From contig NC_087245.1 in NCBI RefSeq assembly GCF_037042905.1, positions 23,376,001-23,440,000 on the forward strand: 64,000 nucleotides of DNA, read 5' to 3'. The stretch is from Lytechinus pictus. Lineage: Eukaryota. The position numbers were made by a program, and so were the translations under genes. The notes beneath the pieces are model-generated. The model worked only from the letters and a program-made list of their open reading frames with translations. It had not been told where the DNA came from and did no database searches. The first letter of the stretch is position 1; the number at the start of each line of letters is the position of its first letter. Below are positions 52,792 through 64,000 of this stretch, in pieces.

Positions 52792-53448
52792 AACAAGTGG
52801 AATGCCTCTGGCCGTGTCACCTGCATCACACGATTCAATATAGCAGCAGTGCTGATTTTGAAAACTACTATAACTCGCACAAGATGTTCAGTGATACTTG
52901 GTTACTCTAATTTCCACGTGTTATGAACTAGACCAATACACTTAGGGATATGATGGCAATTCAACAAATACCCCCAACGTGGCCAAAGTTCTTTGACCTT
53001 ACATGACCTTTGACCTTGATCATGTGACCTGAAACTCGCACAGGATGTTCAGTGATACTTGATTAGTCTTATGTCCAAGTTTCAAGAGTCAGATCCATCA
53101 ACTTTCAAAGTTATGATGGTAATTCAATAGATTACCCCCATTATGGCCAAAGTTCATTGACCTTTGACCTTGGTCATGTGACCTAAAATGTGCACAGGAT
53201 GTTCAGTGATACTTGATTACTCTTACGTCCAAGTTTTATGAACTAGACCAACACACTTTCAAATTTATGGCTGTAATTCAACAAATACCCCAATTTGGCC
53301 AAAGTTCATTGACCCTAAATGACCTTTGACCTTGGTCATGTGACATGAAAGTCACGCATGATGTTCAGTAATACTTGATTAACCTTATGGCCAAGTTTCA
53401 TGAAAAGCGGCGCCTATAGTCTCACTCTGCTATGCAGGTGAGACATAA
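52792..53448. mobile_element. Helentron/HINE-like non-autonomous element with internal ~130-150-bp tandem repeats
   Basis: Subterminal IRs 52814-52826 and 53432-53444 (12/13), terminal hairpin GTCTCAC...GTGAGAC, four GATGTTCAGT(G/A)ATACTTG units; relatives at ~28035-28335 and ~28790-28945. Confidence 0.6.
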
Positions 53449-54216
53449 AGGAAGGCAAGGTACCAGACAAGCTAACAAACTTGAAAAATGTTGGTCACAG
53501 GATAAGTTATACCTATGTTGAATTACCTTAAAACACCCCCCCCCCCCAAAAAAAAAAAAATGGTGATTGTTTGCGGCCATTCATAGTTCTAACAATAAGC
53601 ATTATATTAGAAAGTCAAAAGGGGCCTAAGCTTTCGATCCTAGCAGAATTTTCTTCGGAGGCAAAATGAGCATTATACATGTACATGTACATGTATTACA
53701 GACAGGGTCAATTCCCAAGACAATGATCAATTCCCTATTCAACATTATGACTATAGCATGTTTCTCTTATTCAAAAACATGAGAAAGTCTTATTTGGCAA
53801 AGATCAAAAGTGATACTAGATATAAAGCAAATCATTCTTGTGCTTTGAGCATAATAACCTAAAATCAAAGAAGCGGGATAAGTTATTTCCAGCAAAATGA
53901 ATATAAATAAATGGGTGGTATTCTCAGAATCAAAGGTAAACAGATACAGATATGGAATTTAACGCAAATATATACCTGGTAACGAGACAAACGATCTTTA
54001 CTTCTGAAAACTGGATATACATGTTATCTTTCTTCAGTTTTTCTTTAAAAAAATAGCTTCATCCGGCTTGCCAAGGAAGTGAAGGTTGCCCATTAACTTA
54101 ACAGTGATTATTTACTTTCAATTAGAACACCATCAATTGACTATATAGTATGACCATCGAATACCATATTGATATTGATACCATTGAATGTGGGTGAACA
54201 AAGCAAGTGGAAAATG

Positions 54217-54361
54217 TCAAGACATTGCTGCTTCATAAGGTCTTTCACCAAGTAGCTTTTCTCTCTGAATGCAGTCTGTGACCCAGTCTGAGGTTACTAC
54301 ATGTTGCTTCAAGGCTCGCTGCTGACCTCGTTGACGGAACTCCCTCACTCTGCTCAAGTCA
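54217..54361 (-). CDS. LIG4: DNA ligase IV, last coding exon (end of BRCT2)
   Basis: DLSRV...HVVTSDWVTDCI...ERPYEAAMS*; phase-2 acceptor. Confidence 0.9.
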
Positions 54362-54553
54362 CTGAAAAAAATGAAATTGAGCTTGATTTGATTTATGAAG
54401 AGAGCCACCTGTTTGTGACTAAACACACCACTCGTGACCCTTTCTTGATTTAAATGGTATATCTTTGGGTAGCTGGCTTAGCACCTGAGAACATGTTCCA
54501 GTGTGTTTTGTGTGTAACTGTATGAATGGCTCTATGAAACACCACCATGTAAT

Positions 54554-54800
54554 GCCCCTCTTGTGTTGGCTCAGTTGGTAGAGCGTCCGTCTCACAACCG
54601 GGAGGTAGGGTTCAAACCCCTGCCGCGTCAGACCAAAGATGTTAAAAGATAGTAGTTGCTGCTACCCTGTTTGGTGTTCAACGATTAAAGGGATAGAGCC
54701 ACGATCTGGCGCTGCACAGCAGCTGCCCGGTCCACGATCAATTGGGCAAAGCAAATTTTTGGAGTATTTCATTTCATGTCTATTGCAACAATAAAATATG
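54554..54800 (+). mobile_element. tRNA-derived SINE in LIG4 last intron
   Basis: A box TGGCTCAGTTGG 54567-54578, B box GGTTCAAACC 54609-54618, ~170-nt non-tRNA body ending AATAAAA. Confidence 0.8.
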
Positions 54801-55357
54801 GATGGGGATTCTGGATTAAGCTCGTCAATCACTTTAGGAGAGAACAACAGACATTTGTTACTATCTGACATGGCGCCTACACATTCAAAATTCAAAGTGG
54901 ATGATTTCTTTTTTAGTATATATTTAGAATGTTTATTTTGCTAGATGGGAGTGAAGGAAATACTTGATCTTCAGGAAAAAAAGAACCTGATAACTGAAAA
55001 GACAATACTGTTAAATCAGCTACACGTTGCCACAAATAGAAATAAGCCAATTACTCTTTGTACAACCAGTTCCCAAGCCCTGTGTTAAAAAAACTCTGAT
55101 TCAGATCAATTTTATATCAATATTGATCTAAATTCTTATCCCTTAATCTCAGAATGAGTTTGATTCTATTTCATCACAATTCTCCGTAAGATTTCCCCAT
55201 TGAATTATATCAATAAAAAGAAAACAGAAAAGTGGCTGGAAACTGACAAGATGTTAGATGAAAATATTTTCAAAATCTCACTACCATGAAATTACAAGTT
55301 TTATTCCCTAACTACTATGGCATTATGATATAGACTGTTACAAGGGGTAAATCATAC

Positions 55358-55467
55358 CTCTTGTCAACGATGATGTGGGTGACATGCCTGTCTAGTGTAG
55401 GACATATGGTGGCGCCATGGAATCTCATTTCCAATGATATAAGGTCTAGAGAGCAATCTTTGATGTG
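55358..55467 (-). CDS. LIG4: DNA ligase IV exon (BRCT2)
   Basis: HIKDCSLDLISLEMRFHGATICPTLDRHVTHIIVDK; 110 nt, phase 0/2. Confidence 0.9.
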
Positions 55468-56224
55468 CTACAAGTCAAAGAAGACACAGGTCAAACAATA
55501 TTTATTTTCAAGTGTCTTAAACAGAATATCTGTTAAATGATAACTTCCCTGATAAAATTGTAACATCTTTTTTTAACCTATTCCTTTTTTGTAGTAATAA
55601 ACTAATGAATAAAACACTTTATTTTAATAAATATATTTAACATAATCAATCTGCATGATAATCTTTTCTGCAACAGCTAGTAAATAACTTCATTCATTTG
55701 CATCATAACCATATTCCTAAGTTTTTGCCTCTGTGATTTTTTTTAAATAAATATTAAAGCTATCAATGTCATTCCAGATTGTGATGAATCTTCAAGTTTC
55801 TATAGCAATCAAGCATTCAAATGACCCAACCTTTCGTTTCCTTGTGGAATTCACCTAAAATATTAAACTCACAAGCAGGGATGGATTCAAGGCATGTACT
55901 TCTGAGTAACAAGGCCACCTGAGAAAACCTTCTCCAATAGACTTTGAACACATGAATCAGGCCGAGGTCAAGCCCAAGGTCAGAAAGATGTGACCTTGAG
56001 GTTGAGGCCGGCCTCGACTACATCCCTTACCACAAGATACTATAAATGACAAACATTTTGCACAGTTTCTGACAAAACTTTAATGAATAATTCATTTTTT
56101 ATTTAAATACACCATAATCATTGAAAAATCTCATTCAAGAATATGTGTATAACTTAAAATGAGCATGAAATTCTAAACTTTTATAGAATGAAATGTCTCT
56201 GTTTTTAGATATGAATAATTTGGT

Positions 56225-56596
56225 GGATTCACAATATGGTGCGCCATCTATTGGTTGTAGCGGACAAGCCAAATTTCTAACTTCGGGGTCGACATCGCGT
56301 GCAGGCTCAGGTAGAACTCAGTGTGTGATGCTTCAAAAATGAAAAATATCTGGCAAAAGCGGAGGAAGAATTCACCAAAAACGGTCTACATTTGCAAAGA
56401 AATATGCGGCAAATTTCTCTCCCTCCTCCTAAACCCTAGTAACAGCATATGCAAGCCGGTCAATCCACATCGGCCAGGGCAGCATAATCGCATGCATGCA
56501 CTAGCACGCCAAAGATGTCAAATTTTTTCCCATGATGCATTTGCAAATTTGGCCTGTCCGTTGCAGCCGATAGATGGCGCACCGTATTGTGAACCT
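56225..56596. mobile_element. MITE with ~50-bp imperfect TIRs in LIG4 intron
   Basis: TTCACAATA(T/C)GGTGCGCCATCTA...GCCAAATTT inverted at both ends; TSD unclear. Confidence 0.75.
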
Positions 56597-56697
56597 TACA
56601 AATCATAAGAACTTTCAATTTATATAAACTGATATATAATGAATATATTACATAATTTGAAACATATCCTGGATGTTCTACATGCATGCATACTTAC

Positions 56698-56835
56698 AGT
56701 ATCCTCTTCACCAATCACAAGACATGAATCCATGTAGACACGGCATAGACGAAACAGGCCAAGATGAGAATCTTGAGGAAAGTAGTCCATCTCTATCTCA
56801 GCTATCTCTTCAGCAGTCATCGGTTTCTTACTCTT
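56698..56835 (-). CDS. LIG4: DNA ligase IV exon (linker to BRCT2)
   Basis: KSKKPMTAEEIAEIEMDYF...GLFRLCRVYMD...EEDT; 138 nt, phase 0/0. Confidence 0.9.
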
Positions 56836-58060
56836 CTGTTAAAAAAATATAAATAATTGATTATGTTTGTCTACTTTAATCAGAGGTTTAACCATAGGTA
56901 ATAATGTTCCAGCGACATAACAGATATGATCCAATTGTCAAACTGAAATAGGCTGGTTCAATAAGATATTCAAATTCATGGAAGTTTCTTTCCCAGGAAC
57001 GTATTTGAGGTATTCATTCACCATGTGAATAAAAAGAAACAAGTATATGTACTTCGAATTCAATTTGCATACATCACCTGTTGTTATCGTATGTTAAGCA
57101 TCTGGCAAGCTTTCTTTTGAATAACAACTTTTGCTTGCAAAGCATGCACAACATTTGAATATGTTTAAGTCTATTACAGTTAGGTAGCATAGCCAATACT
57201 AATTATGTACAAAAAATATAATCATTTGTAAACATTGACTGTATCTCCGCATGTTACACCATAATACAATGTATATCATTATCCACTAACTATTCTCATC
57301 ACTGTATTGAAACTCGGCTCAAAACATTAACATAAAAGGGCAATTCCATTTTAATGTACATCTGACTCCCTACGTGGGATCTTCATGAAATTATTCATCT
57401 CTGATTTTACTTCATGTGAAAAGGTCTAATGCCCTCAATAAAATAATCCTGGCTTGAGTAGTTTATGAGGTGAAGTAAAAATATAAATAAACTGGGGACA
57501 GACGCTTTATGGCACTGCTCTAATGCACTAGTAATTCAAAAGCTTGATGGAAATGATTATCCTCTCCAGAATATTGTTAGTTACCCCCTGCTTGTTCATG
57601 TAAAACAGGCAGGGTGTAACAATTTTATCTCTTATCCTTATATTATTGCAGAATAAGGGAAATTCATAGAATAGAACCAAAAAAAAAAAAAAAAAACTAA
57701 ATTTTGTGAGTAAATCATGAAAGGGAAAATCACAATGATCACAGTAAAAAGAATGTGCATTTTTCCAATGAAATTGATGCAAATAGTAGTACACATGCAG
57801 CGCCAATCTTGAATATGCACGTAATATGCTCTCGTATTACATAGTTGAAATCGGCACTGGGCATGCGCGTAGCAATGAAAACAATGTTAAAACCGCAAAA
57901 GATGAACATCAAACAGGTGATACAGGCTCATATTACCCATTCAATATTTTTTGACAAAGTAAATTAAGTAAATATGGGTTTATCTCACAAACAAATTGAC
58001 CAATCAGATTACAGAATTCATGAAAAAAATGTCTCACTAAGAGATAAGTATTTAACTCAC

Positions 58061-58222
58061 CTTCTTATCCACATTTGCAAAGATCTCCTTGAGTTTCTTT
58101 TCATTTACATCCTCTGTATAGCTGTCTCCATGACTGTCATAATCCAAGGCAAAGTGGGCCGCCATCTTTGCAGACGTATACAGCATGTGCGATGGTAACC
58201 ATGGCAACAAACGACCAGCATC
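58061..58222 (-). CDS. LIG4: DNA ligase IV exon (XRCC4-interacting region)
   Basis: LLPWLPSHML...FALDYDSHGDSYTEDV..KLKEIF; 162 nt, phase 0/0. Confidence 0.92.
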
Positions 58223-59190
58223 CTATGTAAGTCCACGAGAATGGAATCAATGATTTATAAAGGAGGATAGTCGTTGGTTCACGTTTAGCTCATCTGTCAT
58301 GTGACATTGAGACCTTATAATCACAATGCGATACCGGTATGCACTTTACAAGAACTATTTATTTTCATTATGTCTTTTTCATCCTGCTTGGTGTCCTGAA
58401 ACCCTCCTCACTAGTGGGATGCGATTTCGAATTGTCAACACATCCAAGGAGTATTAAATTAAGGAAGCCATGATGATATTTCCCACATTCCTGGTACATA
58501 CTGTATGGTAAGGTCCCCTAAGTCTGTGCAGGGCTCCTTGTCAGCGCGTACACGTATCTGTGCGATTCTAGCAAAAGAAGATATGCGACAACCACAGACT
58601 TTACACATGCAATGCATAGAAAGATATTCATTAAAAAATCTGACTCAAAATGGTAGAAAATCAATGATTTTCGGGCATTTCATGTGACGGCCTCAAAATG
58701 CTGCCTTTTCCATCAAAATCCCCAAAACGTGTGTAAAGTGAATGGTTGCGCAGACATGGGGCACCATTGCTTTGTTCAATCTGAAAATGACTGGCCGAGG
58801 TTTTTTCCAATAAAATCATATATTTTTCTTAAATTTTCATGAGATTTCTCGGCACACTTACTCATAAGAATATATGGAACATTCTCAACTGATTTTTTTT
58901 TTTAATGGGAAAAATCATGATTAATATTAATCTAAATTGTTGGGTGGGCAGACATGGGGCCACCCTTCATACATGCAAACAGCCAAACTCCAATGCAATG
59001 TGCATAGTTTAATTCATCATCAAATATAAACACTCACAAAAAGTCTTAAAACATCAAATAAAAGAATATTTTGGTCATTTTCCTTACATTTTCCCACATC
59101 TTCCAGATTTTTGTTGGTGCTTCAGCACCCTCAGCACCCCCGTTTCCCAGGGCCATGTTACAATTAAGTAAATACAATCAAATTGCTTAC

Positions 59191-59239
59191 CATACATTCA
59201 ATGAACCATGTAGTCTTTACAACATCATAGATCTTGGCA
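59191..59239 (-). CDS. LIG4: DNA ligase IV small exon (end of BRCT1)
   Basis: AKIYDVVKTTWFIECM; 49 nt, phase 2/0, bridges neighbouring exons in frame. Confidence 0.88.
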
Positions 59240-59516
59240 CTGGAAGATATAATATAGATATTCTATCAAATGATGTTTAAAGGCCAAGTCTACCGTGACA
59301 GCTAGTTGAAGTAGCAAAAACCCAGACGTTTCAATGAAATCCATGTATAGCAACTATGGAAGACAGCTTATGTAAGCTATCTATGCCACTGAAGCAACTG
59401 ACCAACAAATATACATATTCACTAGTAATCAAAATAGAATTTAGGAGATGAACAAAGAAGTAATGAAAAGATACTGCAAACTGGCTTTGCACTTAAGTCT
59501 GCCCTTACAACTCCAG

Positions 59517-59787
59517 GGCCCCGTCTTACAAAGAGTTGCGATTAATCTGATCAATCGCAACTATGGACGGCCAGCAATGTCAACATATAAAATGCATGTT
59601 TGTTCAAAAAAAATTCTAGATATGAATGTATATCCATAAATTCATTGATTTCTTGACAATTTGGTGTGTTCTCCTTTGTTTACAAAGGACATTTTGCAAA
59701 TTTCCTGCAGAAAAAATTATGACAATTATGGATTTCCATAGAGGTACGATTGATTGGATCAATCGCAACTCTTTGTAATACGGGGCC
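59517..59787. mobile_element. Harbinger-like MITE
   Basis: TIR GGCCCCGT(C/A)TTACAAAGAGTTGCGATT; TSD CAG. Confidence 0.85.
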
Positions 59788-59962
59788 CAGGTGCCTGGGA
59801 ATGATTTTCTCAGAGGGGATGCTGGTTTGTTGAGAAAAATTTGGCAAGCAAAAAAATAAGGATTTTCTCCCAAGTTAAGGTGATTTTGGTCAAGAAAAAT
59901 TTGATAAGTATAAGAAGAAAGAAAATAGACAGATTTTGGTGAAGAAAAATTTGACTCCCCAG

Positions 59963-60119
59963 GGGGGCGTTTCATGAAAGGACTTGTCGGACGTTTTATC
60001 CGACAAGTCCCGTTTTATCCGACAGTTACCATAGTAACCGTACCTCTCAGCCAATCAACATCAGAGAAAGATGTCAGATCTGACAACTTGTCGGATGAAA
60101 ATGTTGATGAAACGCTCCC
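59963..60119. mobile_element. Harbinger-like MITE
   Basis: TIR GGG(G/A)GCGTTTCAT; flanks CAG and CTG; related fragments at ~41125-41218 and ~27645-27750. Confidence 0.75.
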
Positions 60120-60238
60120 CTGGGCTATGTAAGGATCTGTCCACTAAACAAGTTAAATGTATCAAATGATTCGATTTTCAGGGGGGGGATTCTAAACAAT
60201 GAAAGTGTTAAGAGAAGTATGATGGAGTTTAAAGTCAC

Positions 60239-60417
60239 CTGAATATGTTTTTGACCTTGAGGTTGACCTTGTCAGCCAGCACACAGTATGTATCTATACC
60301 GGGATTTTGAACCACTACACCTCCACATTCAACCACTTTCTTCTCTAGCTCATGCTTCGGGTAGTTCGCAGGGCTGTTCATGATGCAAAGCTCTCGTCCA
60401 TCAAGCATTTCAGAAGT
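60239..60417 (-). CDS. LIG4: DNA ligase IV exon (BRCT1)
   Basis: SEMLDGRELCIMN...KHELEKKVVECGGVVVQNPGIDTYCVLA...VKNI; 179 nt, phase 0/2. Confidence 0.93.
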
Positions 60418-61178
60418 CTGGATAAAAAGGGTGCAACAAACATAATACAACAGTCATAGATTACGATCAGTCATAGATTAAGATCAAGTCCAAAACCTGG
60501 TGCCCAGTAAACAAATATTTTCTGTCAGTGACAAAAATCTTGAATGAATTGAAATTTTAGTGCATAGTAAGATTATTACATTTGAGGTTTGAAACAAACA
60601 TTAAAATAGAAAATTTAAATCTTAGTTTAGTCAACTACTATGTTTTGCTTTTGCTAAATTTGCTGAGATGTGAGTTTGGAGTAAAGTCTAAGTTGGCTTT
60701 TAGTTGTAGCCAATTCCAAGTTATCACATCAATGAAGAAAAAAATCACTTCACTTTTTTACCCAATAGGAGATATGCCATAGCCCAGACTTTTACCTTCA
60801 TCATTTTTTAATCCTCAATTTAGAACTATGGACATTATGATTTCCCATGAGAGAATCATATAATATATTTTTTATTCTTCCAAAGTCAGGAAGCAGACTG
60901 GTCATTTAGTATGTAATGAGCTTCACATGTATCAAACTCTGAATGTGGGTATTTTCCTCTAAATGTCAATGGTGCTTTTTCGTGAAAGAAATTGAAAAAG
61001 GTAAGTATGCAAAAAGTTCAAAAAATCTAGAAAAATTAATGTTAGAGATTTGTGGCAAAACTGACTATCCATGGATAAACCAGAACTTAAGGCCAAAGTT
61101 TAAACTAAACCCCCGAGTTCAGCATATAGGTAAAAGAAATTTGTCCATGCACAAAGGCTAAATTGTTTTACGTCTTAC

Positions 61179-61328
61179 CTGCTTTACATTGGAAGTGTCT
61201 GCAGCTCTGAATCTAGAAGGCACAGCAACGGGTCGTTCTACTCTCGCTGTAACTTTTCTTCTCTTACTCGTTACTATCTCATCATCATCTACATTAGCGT
61301 GTCTCCCTGTCAACTTGCCCTCTGCTTG
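61179..61328 (-). CDS. LIG4: DNA ligase IV exon (linker with basic NLS-like patch)
   Basis: QAEGKLTGRH...SKRRK...FRAADTSNVKQ; 150 nt, phase 0/0. Confidence 0.88.
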
Positions 61329-61991
61329 CTGTAAAAAAAAAGGATAACATCAAAGGAACATAGGAAACAGAAACATAATTTGGTAGATGTGGTCTTAAAA
61401 GAAGTCTGTACATAAGCAATCTTGTAGCAGACATATTTATTAGCTTTAAAAAGAGACATATCAATGGGGAAAATGTGGTCTTTATGTCGCATCAATGCAG
61501 TGTCAATATCAACGTCCCACATCTAATTTTGGTTAGAAAACATTACATATATAGGGGAGACCAGGGAGAAATTGAATACCCCCACCAATCAGCACACTGG
61601 TTACATCAGTAAAAAGGTGTGCATAGGCACAGCTCACAACGACATACATGTATCAGCCATTACACAGCTCTACGGGTAAGTTAAAATGATATTTGTTGCC
61701 CCTTTTTTGATACATTCCTTTATTTATTGTAAGTAAAATTAATCCTCTATTATGCTAGCTAGTAACCATGTAAGTGTGCAACTTCTGAAAACAAATTTGC
61801 GTAAGATTAATGCATCAATGCCCCATGCACAAATTAAAAAGCATTAAATAAACTACACTATTCCAGATATTTCTGAAAAAAAAGACTAGAAAAAACAAAA
61901 TCATGTGTGACTTTGCTCCATCAATCATACATGTAGCTAGTCTTTTGACAATGATCTAGGAGTGTGTTTGATGATATTGGGCATATTTTAC

Positions 61992-62097
61992 CTGTCTCAT
62001 GTTCTCTAGCTCCTCTGTGGTCATACACTGATGCCAATCCTTATCATCTCTAACCTTCTCCAGACGAGGGAATCGTAGGGTACATCCCGTCTTATAC
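61992..62097 (-). CDS. LIG4: DNA ligase IV exon (OB fold, motif VI); upstream exons lie beyond the window
   Basis: [26 protein letters not shown]; 106 nt, AG/GT bounded. Confidence 0.93.
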
Positions 62098-63149
62098 CTG
62101 GCCAAGAATAAAACAAAATACACTGATGTATCAAACAAGATGTATTAAACATCCATCAAGAATGAGATGGATGGCTCCCCTTGAAATGAAAAATAAATTC
62201 AAGCATGAGAAAAAGTGAAAATATGAGAAAACTTCTTACTGATTTACACAGTTTTGATAATAAAGTGTTACTTTGAGGATATATTTGCAAAATATAATAA
62301 CAATAAAAATAAGCATAATTTATAACACGATGTTACCAAGTGCTGCATATTATTACCACAGCTTTACCATGGCTACATGTACCTTTAATCAGGTACTTAC
62401 ATTCAAAGAAATTCTTCCTACTGGATACCCATGTACAACACCTATTGTAAATAAATACCATGCCAAACAAAAGAAAGATAGCACATACATTGATCTGACA
62501 TTTTCTAGTATTATTTTGGGAGTTAAATTTGTTGAGAAATCCCTGTTGGCATGAATCAGGTTTTTTTTTTTACTATGTACAATACAAGGGGTAATTGGCT
62601 AATCCATGAAAGAGCAAACTTAGATTAAAGGATTAAAAAGATGTTTTATTTTCCCAAAATGAAATAGTTTTCAGGAATGTATTTGTAGGCAACAGCAGGT
62701 TTCAATAATTCTGCTTTTAGACATTCGGCCTACAATATATAAACTTACGTATTTGATGAGTTGATTTCAGTAGCTTTGATCTGAACGATGAAAGAATTTT
62801 GTGGCTCCACATAAAGTTCTGGTTTTTCCTAATAAAAAAACACAAATCATCTTCACTATAAAATGAAAAGATTACACAACTTATTAATATTTGTATAGCG
62901 CAGTGCACATGTCCAAAAATAGCTCCTTTCATTTTGTGATTGCTTAAACATCATGTTTTCATAATAGGCTGTTGGATTTCTTCTCGTCACTATACCCTTT
63001 CACGTAATTAATTTTGCGCATTTTCTGTCATCCAAAAATAAGTACATTTATCAATTAATTAATTGCAAAATTTATTTTTTGATGCTGTATATACAGACCT
63101 ACCCTGTTTAATAAAATATCTTCAACTAAAAAAAAAAAAAAAAAAAATA

Positions 63150-64000
63150 TTTGTATAGCGCAGCTTTTATATGGATATATTCGGCTGTGCTTGTTCAGAG
63201 CTCTTTTTACTTATGTCCACACAGCACATTTTCTTAACTAAAGAGATATGTTTTTAATTTTGATTTGAAGAGAGCCAAGGATGGAGAGCTTCTTATATCA
63301 ATTGGCAGGCTATTCCATAGTTTGGGGGCAGCAAGTGCAAATGCACGATAACCAAGTGTGACTTTTGTTTTGTAAAATGGGATCTGAAACAATAATTTAT
63401 CTGTGGAACTTCGCAGGCTTCGACATTGTGATTGGGTTTTAAGTTTGAGTAATTCTGTAATGTAATGTGGGGCTTGACCGATTAATGATTTATATACAAT
63501 TAACAGAATATTGAATGAAATTCTTTGACGTACAAGCAACCAGTGGAGTTCTCTCAGAAGAGGTGTAGTGGAACTGAACTTTGGGACATGGTAGATAAGT
63601 CTTGCACATGAATTTTTTACTCTTTGTAACTTAGAAATAAGACTATCAGGCATTCCAAACAACAAACCATTACAGTAGTCAAGCTTACTTGTAATCAGAG
63701 CATGTGCCACCAGTTTGATACTTTCTTGATCAAAGAATTTGCGAATGCGCCGAAGGTTATAGAGGAGATAATATGTTGATTTGCATACATTCGTGACTTA
63801 GGTTTCCATATTGAGGTTTGTATCAAAATAAACTCCTAAATTCCTTGCAGTATCAGAGGGTTTGACATTGGATACTCTAATTTTATACAGTTGATATTAA
63901 TTTTAGAGATCTGCTGTGAAGTGCCAATGAGCAAAAATTCACTTTTGCTATCATTTAATTTCAGATTATTATTGAGCATCCAGCTACAAATAAAAATGAT
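63150..64000 (-). mobile_element. L2-clade LINE 3' fragment in LIG4 intron
   Basis: LNDSKSEFL, ARNLGV.FD, HALITSKLDYCN, LHWL, APKLWNSLP, FKSKLKTYLF; followed by a poly(T) tract on the minus strand. Confidence 0.9.

Noticed and set aside
54554..54630. tRNA gene
   Set aside because: A and B boxes are present but there is no convincing acceptor stem, and it runs into a SINE-type body and A-rich tail

Overview
AT-rich, repeat-dense eukaryotic DNA from a sea urchin; the metallothionein resembles Lytechinus-type MTs as I recall them (not searched). Five spliced genes lie on the minus strand, reconstructed by hand from GT-AG junctions and reading phase: (1) the first coding exon of a NEK1-like NIMA kinase; (2) a 453-aa rhodopsin-class GPCR with signal peptide and Ser/Thr-rich stalk, plus a candidate promoter and non-coding exon about 8 kb upstream; (3) a complete 6-exon prohibitin (275 aa); (4) a complete 68-aa, 20-Cys metallothionein missed by the ORF track; (5) the last 8 coding exons of DNA ligase IV. 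Between them are a near-intact RTE LINE nested in an older CR1/L2 relic, a solo LTR, a Tx1/L1 relic, SINEs, and many non-autonomous DNA transposons with readable TIRs and TSDs. Two observations stand out. A degenerate ~200-bp tandem array 2.3-4.1 kb upstream of the metallothionein carries 12 perfect, co-oriented metal-response elements. A SINE-like element has a head resembling the 7SL RNA Alu domain with compensatory base changes. Superfamily labels rest on termini and TSD length only.
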